Position numbers and translations under genes: made by a program. A stretch of DNA of 64,000 nt, from assembly GCA_963792585.1 (NCBI GenBank), contig CAWBWI010000003.1, forward strand, positions 736,001-800,000. Direction: 5' to 3'. Below are positions 39,609 through 50,063 of the stretch, in pieces; the first letter of the stretch is position 1; each line of letters starts with the position of its first letter. Source of the stretch: Candidatus Eiseniibacteriota bacterium. Its GTDB lineage: Bacteria > Eisenbacteria > RBG-16-71-46 > CAIMUX01 > VGJL01. Under the pieces are notes generated by a model. The model searched no databases. It worked only from the letters and a program-made list of their open reading frames with translations, and was not told the origin of the DNA.

Positions 39609-40636
39609 CCCGCCCTCCCATTGATGGCGTCGATCAGCTCCCGCAGCCGCGCGAAGCTCTTTCGATTGAATCGCATCGAGATCCCGTGAAGCTGCTGGAG
39701 CAGCGGGTCCTCCAGGTCCTCCGGCGTGAGGTCCGACCGCTGGATGCCCCCGTCGCCGACGATGTCCGCGAAGCGGCCGCCCCAATCGGCGAGCTGCTCG
39801 TCGGTCGCGGCGCGGTCGAGACGCATCAGAAGCTTGTCGCCGACATAGCGGGACGAATGATAGTTCGAATAGAAGGTGCGGATCTCCTCGATCGCCCGCT
39901 CCGACTGGCTGACGCGCGTGAGCAGGTGGAAGTCGCTCGGTTCGATCAGGCCCCGCCCCGCGAGCCGCTTGTTGAGGAAGTCGAACCAATCGTCCCAGTA
40001 ACCGCTGCCGGGAGGATCGATGAGGACGACCGGCCGCGGATCGCACTTTCCCGTCTGGAGCAACGTCAGCAGTTCGAAGCACTCGTCCATCGTTCCGAAT
40101 CCACCCGGGAAGAGGACGAAGGCGTCCGATTCCTTGATGAAGACGAGCTTGCGGGTGAAGAAGTACTTGAAGTTGATCAGGCGGTCGGGGCGCCGGATGT
40201 ACGGGTTCGTCTCGGGCTCCATCGCGAGGCGGATCGCGAGGCCGAAGCTGCCGCCGTCGCCGGCGCCGCGGTTGCCCGCCTCCATGATCCCCGGTCCCGC
40301 GCCCGTGATGACCAGCAGCCCCGCGCGGACGATCTGCCCGGCGAGGTTCTCCGCCATCTTGTACTCCTCCGTGTCGGGTGCGATCCGTGCCGAACCGAAG
40401 ATGCTCACCTTGCGGTAGGCGCGGAAGGGGGCGAAGAGGCGGAACGCGTAGCGAAGCTCCTTCAGCGCGCTATTCATGATCTTCAGGTCGCCGCGGGTCG
40501 CGTCGTCCTGGACGAGCTTGAAGGCCGTGGTCGCCATCTCGCGGATCAGGTCAGGGCTGTGGGTCCGTCCCACGCGGGAGATCAGATCGCGGACGACGTC
40601 GTCGATCTCCTCTCCCATCGAGTAATTGAGGGGCAT
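39605..40636 (-). CDS. LOG family nucleotide phosphoribohydrolase (TIGR00730-like, long form)
   Basis: [23 protein letters not shown] and PGGFGTMDE. Confidence 0.9.
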   Translation of the reverse strand: MPLNYSMGEEIDDVVRDLISRVGRTHSPDLIREMATTAFKLVQDDATRGDLKIMNSALKELRYAFRLFAPFRAYRKVSIFGSARIAPDTEEYKMAENLAGQIVRAGLLVITGAGPGIMEAGNRGAGDGGSFGLAIRLAMEPETNPYIRRPDRLINFKYFFTRKLVFIKESDAFVLFPGGFGTMDECFELLTLLQTGKCDPRPVVLIDPPGSGYWDDWFDFLNKRLAGRGLIEPSDFHLLTRVSQSERAIEEIRTFYSNYHSSRYVGDKLLMRLDRAATDEQLADWGGRFADIVGDGGIQRSDLTPEDLEDPLLQQLHGISMRFNRKSFARLRELIDAINGRAG

Positions 40637-40781
40637 GGACACCTCCTGCCGGGGAGTCTACGGGCCGCCCGGAGGGGCTACAAGCGGCCGCGGAGGGGCC
40701 GGTGGCGCGGATGTCCGCACTCCCTGTAAAGTCCCGGCGAACCCAATAGACTCAATGGAAGTGAATCGAGGAGGCCGATCG

Positions 40782-43049
40782 ATGACGAAGCTGACCCTGC
40801 CCGGCTACCCGCGGATCGGACAGGACCGCGAGTTGAAGAAGGCGATCGAGCGAACCTGGAAGGACCCGGGACTCGAGGCCGAGCTGCTCGAGACGGCCCG
40901 GTCGCTGCGCGAGCGCCACTGGCGCCGTCAGGCCGCCTTCGGCGTCGACCCGGTTCCCGTCGGCGACTTCAGCCTCTACGACACCATGCTCGATGCGGTC
41001 GTCCTCTTCGGCTGCGTTCCCGATCGCTATCGCACCCTCGGCGCAGTCGACTCGCTGGCCGTCTACTTCGCCATGGCGCGCGGGACGCAGGATCTGACCG
41101 CCCTGGAGATGACGAAGTGGTTCGACACGAACTATCACTACATCGTCCCCGAGATCGACGGCCGCTTCGCGCTCCATCCCGATCGCCTCATCGCGCACGT
41201 GCGCGAGGCGATCGCCCTCGGGCTCTCGCCCAAGCCGGTCGTGCCGGGCCCTTACACATTCCTGCGGCTCGCGCATCTCTCCGGAGGACTCACGATCGCC
41301 GATGCCCTCGCGCGGATCGCGCCGCTCTACGCCGAGCTGCTCGGCATGCTGGAGAAGGAAGGCGTCGCCTGGGTCGCGCTGGACGAGCCGGCCTTCGTCC
41401 TGGAGGAGGCGCCGCCGCGCGAGGCGGTCCTCGCCGCCTACAAGACCATCGCCGCCGGCCGCAAGGGTCCCAGGATCCTCGTTCAGACCTACTTCGAGGA
41501 TCTCGGCGAGAACCGCGCGCTCGCCCTCAAGCTGCCGGTCGACGGGATCGGGATCGATCTCGTCCGCGCCCCCGCGCAGTGGGATCTGGTGCTGAACGCG
41601 AACGCCGTCCCGGCCGACATGATCGTCGTCGCCGGCGTGGTGAACGGCCGTAACGTCTGGGCGTCGGACCTGAACGAGGTCCTCGAGAAGCTCACCCGCG
41701 CGCGCGCCGTGCTCGGCGATCGCCTCTGGATCGGCCCGAGCTGCAGCCTGCTTCACCTTCCGTACACGATCACCGCCGAGAACGGGATCGACGACGAGCT
41801 GCGCTCGTGGGTCTGCTTCGCCGAGGAGCGTCTCGCCGAGCTGGGCACGCTCAAGCGCGCGCTCGACGGCGGTCGCGATTCGGTCGCGATCGGACTCGAA
41901 ACGAACCGGAACATCGTGACCGAGCGCGCCCGCTCCGTGCGGACGGAGGACCCGAAGGTCCGCAGACGCCTGGCGCAGGTCGACGATTCCTGGGCCAAGC
42001 GGGTCGGATTCGATGAGCGCCGGACCGCGCAGGCTGCCCTCGGACTGCCGCCGCTGCCGACGACCACGATCGGCAGCTTCCCGCAGACCTCCGAGGTTCG
42101 CTCCGCCCGCAATCGGTTCCGCAGCGGCAAGCTCACGCAGGCCGAGTACGAGGTATTCGTCGACGGAAAGACCCGCGAGGTGATCCGGTTGCAGGAAGAG
42201 ATCGGCCTCGACGTCCTCGTGCACGGCGAGTTCGAGCGGGCCGACATGGTCGACTACTTCGCCGAGCAGATGGACGGGATGCGCGTGACGGTGAACGGTT
42301 GGGTCCAGTCGTACGGTACTCGCTGCGTCCGGCCGCCGCTGATCTACGGCGACGTCTCCCGGCCCAAGCCGATGACCGTCCGCGAGAGCCGCTATGCGCA
42401 GTCGCTCACGAAGAAGCCGGTGAAGGGGATGCTGACCGGGCCGGTCACGATCCTCAACTGGTCGTTCGCGCGCGGCGATCTGCCGCGTCCGCAGGTCGCC
42501 GATCAGATCGCGCTCGCGCTGCGCGATGAGACGACCGATCTCGAGGTGGCCGGGATCCGGATCATCCAGATCGACGAGCCGGCCTTCCGCGAGGGAGCGC
42601 CCCTGCGCCGCTCGCTGCGCGCCGAATACCTCAAGTGGGCCGTGCGCGCCTTCCGCCTCTCCTCTTCGGGGGTGAAGCCCGGCACACAAATTCATACCCA
42701 CATGTGCTACAGCGACTTCAATGAGATCATCGACTCGATCGCCGCGATGGACGCCGATGTGATCTCGATCGAGAACTCGAGGAGCGCGGGCGAACTCCTG
42801 CGCGCATTCGACGACTTCAAGTATCCGCGCGGGATCGGGCCGGGCGTCTACGACGTGCACAGCGAGCGCGTCGCCCCCGTCGCCGAGATGGCGGACCTGC
42901 TGCGCCGATCGGGCAGGCTGTTGCCGCACGACCTGCTCTGGGCGAATCCCGACTGCGGCCTCAAGACGCGGCGCGACGAGGAGGCGATTCCGTCGCTGCG
43001 CAATCTCGTCGAGGCGGCGCGTCTGGTGCGTGCGGAGTGGGGAACGTAG
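40782..43049 (+). CDS. metE: Cobalamin-independent methionine synthase
   Basis: GYPRIG..RELK, MTKWFDTNYHY, PTTTIGSFPQT, HTHMCY and NPDCGLKTR. Confidence 0.97.
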   Translation: MTKLTLPGYPRIGQDRELKKAIERTWKDPGLEAELLETARSLRERHWRRQAAFGVDPVPVGDFSLYDTMLDAVVLFGCVPDRYRTLGAVDSLAVYFAMARGTQDLTALEMTKWFDTNYHYIVPEIDGRFALHPDRLIAHVREAIALGLSPKPVVPGPYTFLRLAHLSGGLTIADALARIAPLYAELLGMLEKEGVAWVALDEPAFVLEEAPPREAVLAAYKTIAAGRKGPRILVQTYFEDLGENRALALKLPVDGIGIDLVRAPAQWDLVLNANAVPADMIVVAGVVNGRNVWASDLNEVLEKLTRARAVLGDRLWIGPSCSLLHLPYTITAENGIDDELRSWVCFAEERLAELGTLKRALDGGRDSVAIGLETNRNIVTERARSVRTEDPKVRRRLAQVDDSWAKRVGFDERRTAQAALGLPPLPTTTIGSFPQTSEVRSARNRFRSGKLTQAEYEVFVDGKTREVIRLQEEIGLDVLVHGEFERADMVDYFAEQMDGMRVTVNGWVQSYGTRCVRPPLIYGDVSRPKPMTVRESRYAQSLTKKPVKGMLTGPVTILNWSFARGDLPRPQVADQIALALRDETTDLEVAGIRIIQIDEPAFREGAPLRRSLRAEYLKWAVRAFRLSSSGVKPGTQIHTHMCYSDFNEIIDSIAAMDADVISIENSRSAGELLRAFDDFKYPRGIGPGVYDVHSERVAPVAEMADLLRRSGRLLPHDLLWANPDCGLKTRRDEEAIPSLRNLVEAARLVRAEWGT

Positions 43050-43202
43050 CCGCGTTGTTCCATCACGAAACGCGCTCAGTTCGCATCTGAGACGGTTTGC
43101 GCGACGTACCAGCAGCGCGCCTCGGGCAATCGCCCGGGGCGCGTTTTCGCATACCTTCGTAACCCTTGGAAAGGCCGCGTGATACACGGAGACCCCATCG
43201 CT

Positions 43203-43218
43203 TGGCACGGAGCTTGAT
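43203..43218 (+). promoter_or_regulatory. Putative sigma54-like promoter of the hsp20 pair
   Basis: TGGCACGGAGCTTGAT has a perfect -24 element and a -12 element reading TTGA instead of TTGC. Confidence 0.45.
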
Positions 43219-43285
43219 ATAGACCAGGCCAACAAGAGCACCGCGTGGCCCCGCTCAGAGGGCCGCAGATAGAAGGAGAAAGACC

Positions 43286-43753
43286 ATGGCACTGATTCGG
43301 TGGCAGCCGAGAGGCACGATGAGCCCGAGAGGCTCCTTCCACAATGTGGATCCGTTTGGTCAGGAAATGAACGGTCTGATGGATTGGGCATTCGGTCGCG
43401 GGTGGGCCAATGGACTCGTCGAATCGTCCTGGGTCCCGCCGGTCGACGTCGCGCAAGAGGAAGACAGGTTCCGTATCCACATCGATCTGCCGGGCGTGAA
43501 GCGCGAGGAGATCGAGATCACGGTGGACGGCGACACGCTCACGGTGAAGGGCGAGAAGAAGCGCGAGAGCGAGTCGAAGCAGGATGACACCTATCGCTCC
43601 GAGCGCTACTACGGCAGCTTCTCGCGGAGCCTGACGCTCCCGGCGGCGGTCGACGCGAACAAGATCGAGGCGCGCTACAAGGACGGGGTCCTAGAGATCG
43701 TGATTCCGAAGTCCGAGGAAGCGAAGCCGAAGCAGATCAAGATTCAGGGCTGA
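43286..43753 (+). CDS. Hsp20 / alpha-crystallin small heat-shock protein
   Basis: PPVDV, DLPGV, ERYYGSFSRS, YKDGVL and a C-terminal I-x-I motif. Confidence 0.95.
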   Translation: MALIRWQPRGTMSPRGSFHNVDPFGQEMNGLMDWAFGRGWANGLVESSWVPPVDVAQEEDRFRIHIDLPGVKREEIEITVDGDTLTVKGEKKRESESKQDDTYRSERYYGSFSRSLTLPAAVDANKIEARYKDGVLEIVIPKSEEAKPKQIKIQG

Positions 43754-43868
43754 CAGCAGCTTATCAGCGGGATCCAAGGCATTGCGAGGCAGCCGGCGCG
43801 GATGCGCCGGACGGCACACGGGAAACAGGAACCGGGTTCGCGAAGAACATAGATCTGGAGGATTGACC

Positions 43869-44270
43869 ATGAAGACGATGTGCTGTGACACGCAGGCGAC
43901 CGAGGCAGGGACCCACACGAGCGGGCGCTGCTTCTACCCGAAGACCGATATCGCGGAGTTCGACGATCACTTCACCATCGAGGTCGAGCTGCCCGGTGTG
44001 ACGGCCGACCAGGTCGATCTCCAGGTCGAGGACGACATCCTGCGGTTGACCGCCAAGCGCGGCGCGCCGGAGGCGGAGACGGAAGAGAAGACGGAAGCGA
44101 AGACGAATCACCTCGTGCGCGAACGCCGGCGCGGGACGTACGTGAGGACCTTCCACCTGGGCACCCTCGTCGAGCGCGACGGGATCCAGGGCAATCTGAA
44201 GGACGGCATTCTCACCATCCGCTTGGCGAAGGCGGTCAACGCGCTGCCGAGGAAGATCGCGATTCAGTAG
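43869..44270 (+). CDS. Hsp20 small heat-shock protein
   Basis: PKTDI.E, ELPGV, Y.RTF, LKDGIL and PRKIAI. Confidence 0.92.
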   Translation: MKTMCCDTQATEAGTHTSGRCFYPKTDIAEFDDHFTIEVELPGVTADQVDLQVEDDILRLTAKRGAPEAETEEKTEAKTNHLVRERRRGTYVRTFHLGTLVERDGIQGNLKDGILTIRLAKAVNALPRKIAIQ

Positions 44271-44340
44271 ATTATGTGACGCCTCTGTGGGGTTCGAGGA
44301 CCTGGTTCCTGCGGCCCAATGGAGGCGCACAAACTTCGAG

Positions 44341-44381
44341 GGAGGCGTTCCGGCGACACCGCCGAGGCGCCTCCTTCTCTT
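44341..44381 (+). terminator. Putative terminator after the hsp20 pair
   Basis: GGAGGCG...CGGCG...CGCCG...CGCCTCC stem followed by TTCTCTT. Confidence 0.45.
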
Positions 44382-44447
44382 CGTACAGAAATCGGCTTGA
44401 CGGGGTGTCAAGACCTCTTGGAAGATGCCCGTGAAGGAGGACCTGCC

Positions 44448-44948
44448 ATGAAGAAGAGAGCTGTCGTGCCGGCCGCGGTGATGCTGATTCTCGCCTCGAT
44501 GCTCACTTCGGGCGACGCCCTCGCGAGGGAGCCGCTTGGGTTCAATGGTTGGGGCCCGCGCGTCGGATACCAGTTCGACGACGCGTACGACCAGTTCTAC
44601 TTCGGCGCCCACTTCAGACTGGGCGAGTTCGTGGAGAATCTGGAGTTCCTCCCGAGCATCGACATGGGGTTCGGCGACAACACGACATTGCTCTCGGTCA
44701 ACCCCGACATCGTCTATCACTTCCCTGTCGAAGGAGTCGGCTCCTTCTACGTCGGCGGGATCTTCGCCTTCCAGTACCTCAAGTTCGACTCGAATGTGCC
44801 GGGTGTCGATGACACCGACACGGAGCTGGGGATTCACGCAACCGCCGGGCTCGATTTCGGCGACACTCCAGTCCTGATCGAGACGATGCTCGGCATCGAT
44901 GACACACCAGACGTGAAAATCTGCGTGGGATACACGTTCGAGCACTAG
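44448..44948 (+). CDS. Small outer-membrane beta-barrel protein
   Basis: AAGGAGG RBS, signal peptide, alternating aromatic/Gly strands, and GYTF near the C-terminus. Confidence 0.75.
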   Translation: MKKRAVVPAAVMLILASMLTSGDALAREPLGFNGWGPRVGYQFDDAYDQFYFGAHFRLGEFVENLEFLPSIDMGFGDNTTLLSVNPDIVYHFPVEGVGSFYVGGIFAFQYLKFDSNVPGVDDTDTELGIHATAGLDFGDTPVLIETMLGIDDTPDVKICVGYTFEH

Positions 44949-44950
44949 CC

Positions 44951-45757
44951 GTGACGATTCCATTCGCAGCGGACCATCGCCCGCCTTTGTTCCTTGGGAT
45001 GGTTCACCTGCGACCCCTGCCAGGCAGCCCCCGCTATGGGGGCGAGATCGATTCGGTCCTCGAGGCCGCCGTGGCGGATCTCGAGGTCCTGGCTCAGGGA
45101 GGAGCCGACGGGGCGATCATCGAGAACTTCGGTGACGCCCCGTTTTTTCCCGGCTCCGTTCCCCCCGTGACCGTCGCGGCGATGACCGCCGCCGCCGTCT
45201 TCCTGCGCGCGCATGCCCCCAAGGGGTTCCTTCTCGGCGTGAACGTCCTGCGCAACGACGCAGCCGCGGCCCTCTCGATCGCCGCGGTGGCGGGCGCTTC
45301 CTTCATCCGCGTGAACGTCCACACCGGTGCGGTCGTGGCCGATCAGGGGATCCTGACCGGCCAGGCGCACGAGACGTTGCGGCTGCGCGCAGCGCTCGGC
45401 AAGCCGATCGCGATCCTCGCCGACGTCGCGGTGAAACACGCGAGCCCGCTAGGCACTCGCTCGATCGAAGATGAGGCGCGCGACGCCGTCGAGCGCGGCA
45501 TGGCCGATGCGATCCTCGTCACCGGCGCCCGCACGGGCGAAGCCGTCGATCGCGAGCGGTTGATCGGTGTACGCCGCGCCGTGCCGGGCGTGATGGTCCT
45601 CTGCGCGAGCGGCGTCAATCCCGAGAACGCCAAGGCGATGGAGCCGCACTGCGACGGCTTCGTCGTCGGGACCTGGCTCAAGCGCGATGGGCGCGTGGAG
45701 GAGCCGATCGATCCGACGCGCGTGCGGCAGATGGGCTTCGCGCTCGGGCGGCGTTAG
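44951..45757 (+). CDS. BtpA/SgcQ family protein
   Basis: GMVHL.PLPGSP, IENFGD.PF, GVNVLRND, ADV.VKHA and VTG..TG. Confidence 0.93.
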   Translation: MTIPFAADHRPPLFLGMVHLRPLPGSPRYGGEIDSVLEAAVADLEVLAQGGADGAIIENFGDAPFFPGSVPPVTVAAMTAAAVFLRAHAPKGFLLGVNVLRNDAAAALSIAAVAGASFIRVNVHTGAVVADQGILTGQAHETLRLRAALGKPIAILADVAVKHASPLGTRSIEDEARDAVERGMADAILVTGARTGEAVDRERLIGVRRAVPGVMVLCASGVNPENAKAMEPHCDGFVVGTWLKRDGRVEEPIDPTRVRQMGFALGRR

Positions 45758-46361
45758 CGGGCGCCGGGCGCCCCGGCGATGGTCAGCACCGGGATCCAAC
45801 CACCCACAGCGTCCTGGCTCCCCGCCGGCCACTTCTCATGGAATCCGGGTCTTCCTCGTGACACCCGAGTCGCGTGTCGTGCGGAGGCGGACCCCAACGC
45901 CCGAGCGCCAGCATGCGAACGAGGGATCGAGCACTGCGCGAATCTTGATCTTGAGATAGTCGAGAATCGCCACGCCAGTCGACTGGACCACGCGCCGCAC
46001 GGGCATGACCTCGAACCCGATCCACGGGGTGCGCAAATTCCAGCCGGGGTTGTTTCCCGGTTCGATGAATCGTGACCCCGTTCAAGGACTCGCGCGAACC
46101 GCTGGTATCGTCTGCAACTTCCGCGACCCGGATTGAGGCCTCGCTCAAAGCCCCCCTCAACCCTCCCTCCGCAGGACGGTTTTCTACTCCGATCCTCGTC
46201 TCTCCACAGGCCGTTTCCTCAGATGGGATGGAGTTTTATGTCAGTAGCGCAAATTCCAGCGAGTCAAGATAGGGAGAGCAGGTCGAGGAACCTGGCCGGG
46301 ATCGAGATTCGCCCCGCAGCGTGGCGACCGGGCGAAAAAACAGGTTAGACTCCACGGCGAC

Positions 46362-48668
46362 ATGAGTCTCCATCCTGGAACACGACTTGGGCCCTACGAG
46401 ATCATCGGCCTGCTTGGCGTCGGCGGGATGGGTGAGGTCTACCGCGCTCACGATCCGCGGCTCGGACGCGATGTTGCGGTAAAGGTGCTTCCATCTGCGG
46501 TGGACTCGGATCCCGATCATCTGGCCCGATTCGAGCGAGAGGCGCGGACAGTGGCGGGGCTGAATCACCCCAACATTGTCATGCTCCACTCCATCGAAGA
46601 GCATGGAGGCGTTTGCCTGCTCACCATGGAGCTGGTGGAGGGGCAGAGTCTGGAGCACCTCGTGGCTTCCGGGGGGCTGCCGTTGCGCCGCCTGCTCGAT
46701 CTGGCCATTCCGCTGGCCGACGCGCTGGTCGCGGCGCACGCAAGGGGAGTCATTCACCGTGACCTCAAGCCGGCGAACGTGATGGTGACGCGCGAGGGAC
46801 GGGTGAAGGTTCTGGACTTCGGCCTGGCGAAGCGGGCGCCTGTCGATCCGAATCCGACACAGGCGGCGACGATTGAGACGAGCATGATCGCGTCCGGGAG
46901 TGTGGCGGGGACGGTGCCGTACATGGCGCCTGAGCAGATCCGTGGAGGGGAGGCGGATGCGCGGACAGACATGTTCGCGTTCGGGATCCTCCTGTACGAG
47001 CTGGCCACCGGCAAACAACCATTCACCGGGACGACCTTCGCCGATTTGGCTTCGTCGATTCTCAAGGATACGCCCGAGTCTCTGGCAATCGCGCGCGCCG
47101 ATCTGCCAGTCGATCTGGACCGAATCGTGAGCCGCTGCCTCGAGAAATCCCCGCGCGATCGGTTCCAGACGGCGGTGGACTTGTACAGCGAACTTCGGAT
47201 GCTTCAGCAGACGGTGGAGCAAGGTTCCCCCACACAGCCGCCTGCGCCCGCGAAAGCGGCCGATCCGGTCGTCGCCTCGATCGCGGTGCTCCCATTCCTG
47301 AACCGGAGCCAAAGCGTCGAGGACGAGTACTTCTCGGATGGCCTAGCCGACGAGTTGTTGAATGTTCTGGCGAAGATCCGCGGACTGCGCGTGGCAGCGC
47401 GCACATCGTCGTCCCTGTTCAAGGGGACGACGGATGATCTTGCAACCATCGGCCGGAAGCTGAATGTGGCCACGCTCCTCGAGGGGAGCGTCCGCAAGGC
47501 GGGGAATCGCGTGCGCATCTCCGTGCAGCTTGTGAAGATCTCCGACGGCTACCCCCTTTGGTCGGAGACGTACGACCGCATGCTGGACGACATCTTCGCC
47601 GTGCAGGATGACATCGCGCAGTCGGTCGTGAAGGAGTTGCGTACAACGCTGCTGGGTGAAACGCCCAACTCGGACGCGAATGTGCAGGTGAAGGCGGATG
47701 TCGCGAGAGCGATGAGAGGGAGGGGAGAGAATCCGGAAGCGCAGCGGCTCTACCTTCAGGCGCGCTACTTCATCGATCGAAACACCCCGGAGGACTCCGC
47801 CAAGGGGATCGAGCACATCAAGGAGGCGCTGAAACTGGATCCCGGCTACGCCATCGCTTGGGCGGAGCTTGGGAGTGCCTACGCGAGAGAGGCGGGTAGC
47901 GGCTGGGTCTCGGTGGAGGAGGGATATCGGTCCGCCCGGACTGCGGTAGATCGTGCGCTCCTGCTGGAGCCGGACTTGGCGGAGGGGCACGCGCAACGCG
48001 GCTGGATCTTGGCGACCTACGACTGGGACTGGCGCGGAGCCGATGCGTCGCTTCGTCGAGCGGTGGAGCTGGCGCCGGGAAGCGCTTCGGTGCTGCGTAG
48101 CGCGGGCATACTCGCTTGGTGCTTTGGGCGCATCGATGAAGTGCTTGAACTCCTGCGGCGCGCGGTGGATCTGGATCCGCTGAGCGCCAGGTACTACAAC
48201 AACCTCGGGCATGCGTGCCACGCGGCGGGTCAAGTCGCGGAGGCGGAGGAAGCGTTCCGCACAGCCCTGGAACTCGCGCCGGAGGGGATCGGTTCGCGGG
48301 CGCTCCTTGCAATGCTCTTGGAGGATAGGGGGCGGAGTGAGGAGGCCATGAAAGAAGCGATACAAGAACCGGACGAAGGGTTTCGTCTCCAGGCGCTGGC
48401 GGTTCTCCACCACGCCGCGGGGCGTATGGCGGAATCGGACGAGATGCTCCGAGACCTGACCGCGAAGTACGCGGAGGATTCCGCGTACCAGATCGCTGAG
48501 GTGCACGCAGCGCGAGCAGAAGCGGATCGGGCGTTCGAGTGGCTGGAACGAGCGTATGCCCAGCGTGATGGAGGGCTCACCGACATGAGGGCGAGCCCTC
48601 GCTTTCGTCCGCTTCACGACGATCCGCGGTGGGAAGCACTCCTGAAGAAGATGGGGTTCGACGGGTGA
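46362..48668 (+). CDS. Hanks-type Ser/Thr kinase with TolB-N-like and TPR domains
   Basis: GVGGMGEVY, VAVK, HRDLKPAN, DFG and YMAPE; then SIAVLPF and YFSDGL; C-terminal TPRs. Confidence 0.95.
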   Translation: MSLHPGTRLGPYEIIGLLGVGGMGEVYRAHDPRLGRDVAVKVLPSAVDSDPDHLARFEREARTVAGLNHPNIVMLHSIEEHGGVCLLTMELVEGQSLEHLVASGGLPLRRLLDLAIPLADALVAAHARGVIHRDLKPANVMVTREGRVKVLDFGLAKRAPVDPNPTQAATIETSMIASGSVAGTVPYMAPEQIRGGEADARTDMFAFGILLYELATGKQPFTGTTFADLASSILKDTPESLAIARADLPVDLDRIVSRCLEKSPRDRFQTAVDLYSELRMLQQTVEQGSPTQPPAPAKAADPVVASIAVLPFLNRSQSVEDEYFSDGLADELLNVLAKIRGLRVAARTSSSLFKGTTDDLATIGRKLNVATLLEGSVRKAGNRVRISVQLVKISDGYPLWSETYDRMLDDIFAVQDDIAQSVVKELRTTLLGETPNSDANVQVKADVARAMRGRGENPEAQRLYLQARYFIDRNTPEDSAKGIEHIKEALKLDPGYAIAWAELGSAYAREAGSGWVSVEEGYRSARTAVDRALLLEPDLAEGHAQRGWILATYDWDWRGADASLRRAVELAPGSASVLRSAGILAWCFGRIDEVLELLRRAVDLDPLSARYYNNLGHACHAAGQVAEAEEAFRTALELAPEGIGSRALLAMLLEDRGRSEEAMKEAIQEPDEGFRLQALAVLHHAAGRMAESDEMLRDLTAKYAEDSAYQIAEVHAARAEADRAFEWLERAYAQRDGGLTDMRASPRFRPLHDDPRWEALLKKMGFDG

Positions 48669-48801
48669 GGTCTCGCCCGGCTGTCAAGCAGCGGCCGATC
48701 GGTTGCTCGCCCGAGGCGGGTCCTGTCGGGACGAGCGTCATGCGCGACCCGGGAGGCATCGGAGCTCTACGAGCACCATGTTCGATCACGGCTGAAACGG
48801 T

Positions 48802-50025
48802 CTAGAGCCGCCCCGCCAGCTCCGCCGCCACGTTGCGCGCCCGGTACGGAGCGATTCCCTCTTCCCTCCATGCGATCGGTTGCTCCGGTGCGCGCGCGAT
48901 CGCATCGGCCAGCTCCGCGCCGTCCGTGTAGAACGCGCCTGCCTGCGTCTTCACCAGGAAGTCGCGCAACCCCGCGTCCGCAGCGCCGGTGACGAGGAGC
49001 GGGCGTCGAACGCTCAGCGCCTCGAGAGCCCGATCGGGTAGACGCCCGGCATCTCCAGGTCCAAGGGTGAGAAGCAGGGCCGTCGCCTCCGCCTGCGTCT
49101 GCAGCGAGACGAGCCACGGGACCTCGGGTTCCAGGGTGACGATTGATGTGAGCGATCGCGCGGCGATCGCGGGGCCCAGACGAGGATCGCGCGCGCCGAG
49201 GAAGCGGATCCGGATGCCATCGGGTGCGATCCGACCCGCATCGAGGAGCCGGCGCGCCGCATCGAGGACGAGCAGGGGGTTGCGGCCGTGAACCGCCGTC
49301 GGCCCTGCGTGGACGAGGACGATTCTGGCGGGGTAGAGCGTCGCTGTGGATGCCGGGTCGTTCGACGGAACCGACGCCGCGTCATTGTCGCGGTCGCTCG
49401 TTGGTAGCAGATCCGCCTCGTCGAAGCTCGGCGGCAAATCGTCGTTGATGAGCGGGATCTTCCGCTCCCGCGCGATCGCGCGGGCGACCGCCTGCGCCGA
49501 CTTCGGGGACCGAGGGGCGAGAACCGCATCGTACGAAAGGGACTGCGCGATGGCCCGGGCCGCCCGAAGCGCGGGATCGATCCATCCCGCGCGCGCGTCG
49601 GGGCGACAGCGCAGGCCAAAGATCACCCGTTGCACCGCAGTGCGCGGCTCGGGCGGAGGTTCCAGCGCAATCTCCTCGTCGGTCGGGATCTCGCGGCCGT
49701 AAAGACCCGGCAGCGACTGATCCGCGTTTCCCCGCGGGAGCTTTTTGCGCCAGGAGAGGAGCAGATCGCGGTACTCCGTTTCCTGAAGCCAATAGGAGGC
49801 TCCGGTCGGATCGGCCACCTGACGCAGCGGAATCGGGTAGTCGCGGTGTTCTCGCGACTTGGCGACGGTGACACGGCGTCGCGGGTGCCTGGGAGTCAGG
49901 ACGATCGCCTCCCATCCATACTCAGGGAGGTAACGCGCCAAATGCCAGACGCGCGTGGGATTGGGACCCCGCGTGGGCGGCACGCCAAAGGCGACGAGTA
50001 GGATTCGCTTCGCGGGCGCGTTCAC
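48802..50025 (-). CDS. Divergent GT-B glycosyltransferase-like protein
   Basis: N-terminal PP..G...R..HLARYL..YGWE..VLT, PDARAGWI and LVHAG; donor-binding motif is degenerate. Confidence 0.6.
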   Translation of the reverse strand: MNAPAKRILLVAFGVPPTRGPNPTRVWHLARYLPEYGWEAIVLTPRHPRRRVTVAKSREHRDYPIPLRQVADPTGASYWLQETEYRDLLLSWRKKLPRGNADQSLPGLYGREIPTDEEIALEPPPEPRTAVQRVIFGLRCRPDARAGWIDPALRAARAIAQSLSYDAVLAPRSPKSAQAVARAIARERKIPLINDDLPPSFDEADLLPTSDRDNDAASVPSNDPASTATLYPARIVLVHAGPTAVHGRNPLLVLDAARRLLDAGRIAPDGIRIRFLGARDPRLGPAIAARSLTSIVTLEPEVPWLVSLQTQAEATALLLTLGPGDAGRLPDRALEALSVRRPLLVTGAADAGLRDFLVKTQAGAFYTDGAELADAIARAPEQPIAWREEGIAPYRARNVAAELAGRL

Positions 50026-50063
50026 GTTCGCGAGACTACCATGCGGGTCCGCCGAGGACTAGA

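Noticed and set aside
40637..40781. Cobalamin, SAM or TPP riboswitch between LOG and metE
   Set aside because: The gap is short and I recognised no riboswitch consensus. An Infernal scan would settle it.
40752..43391. 879-aa minus-strand ORF
   Set aside because: Antisense shadow of metE.
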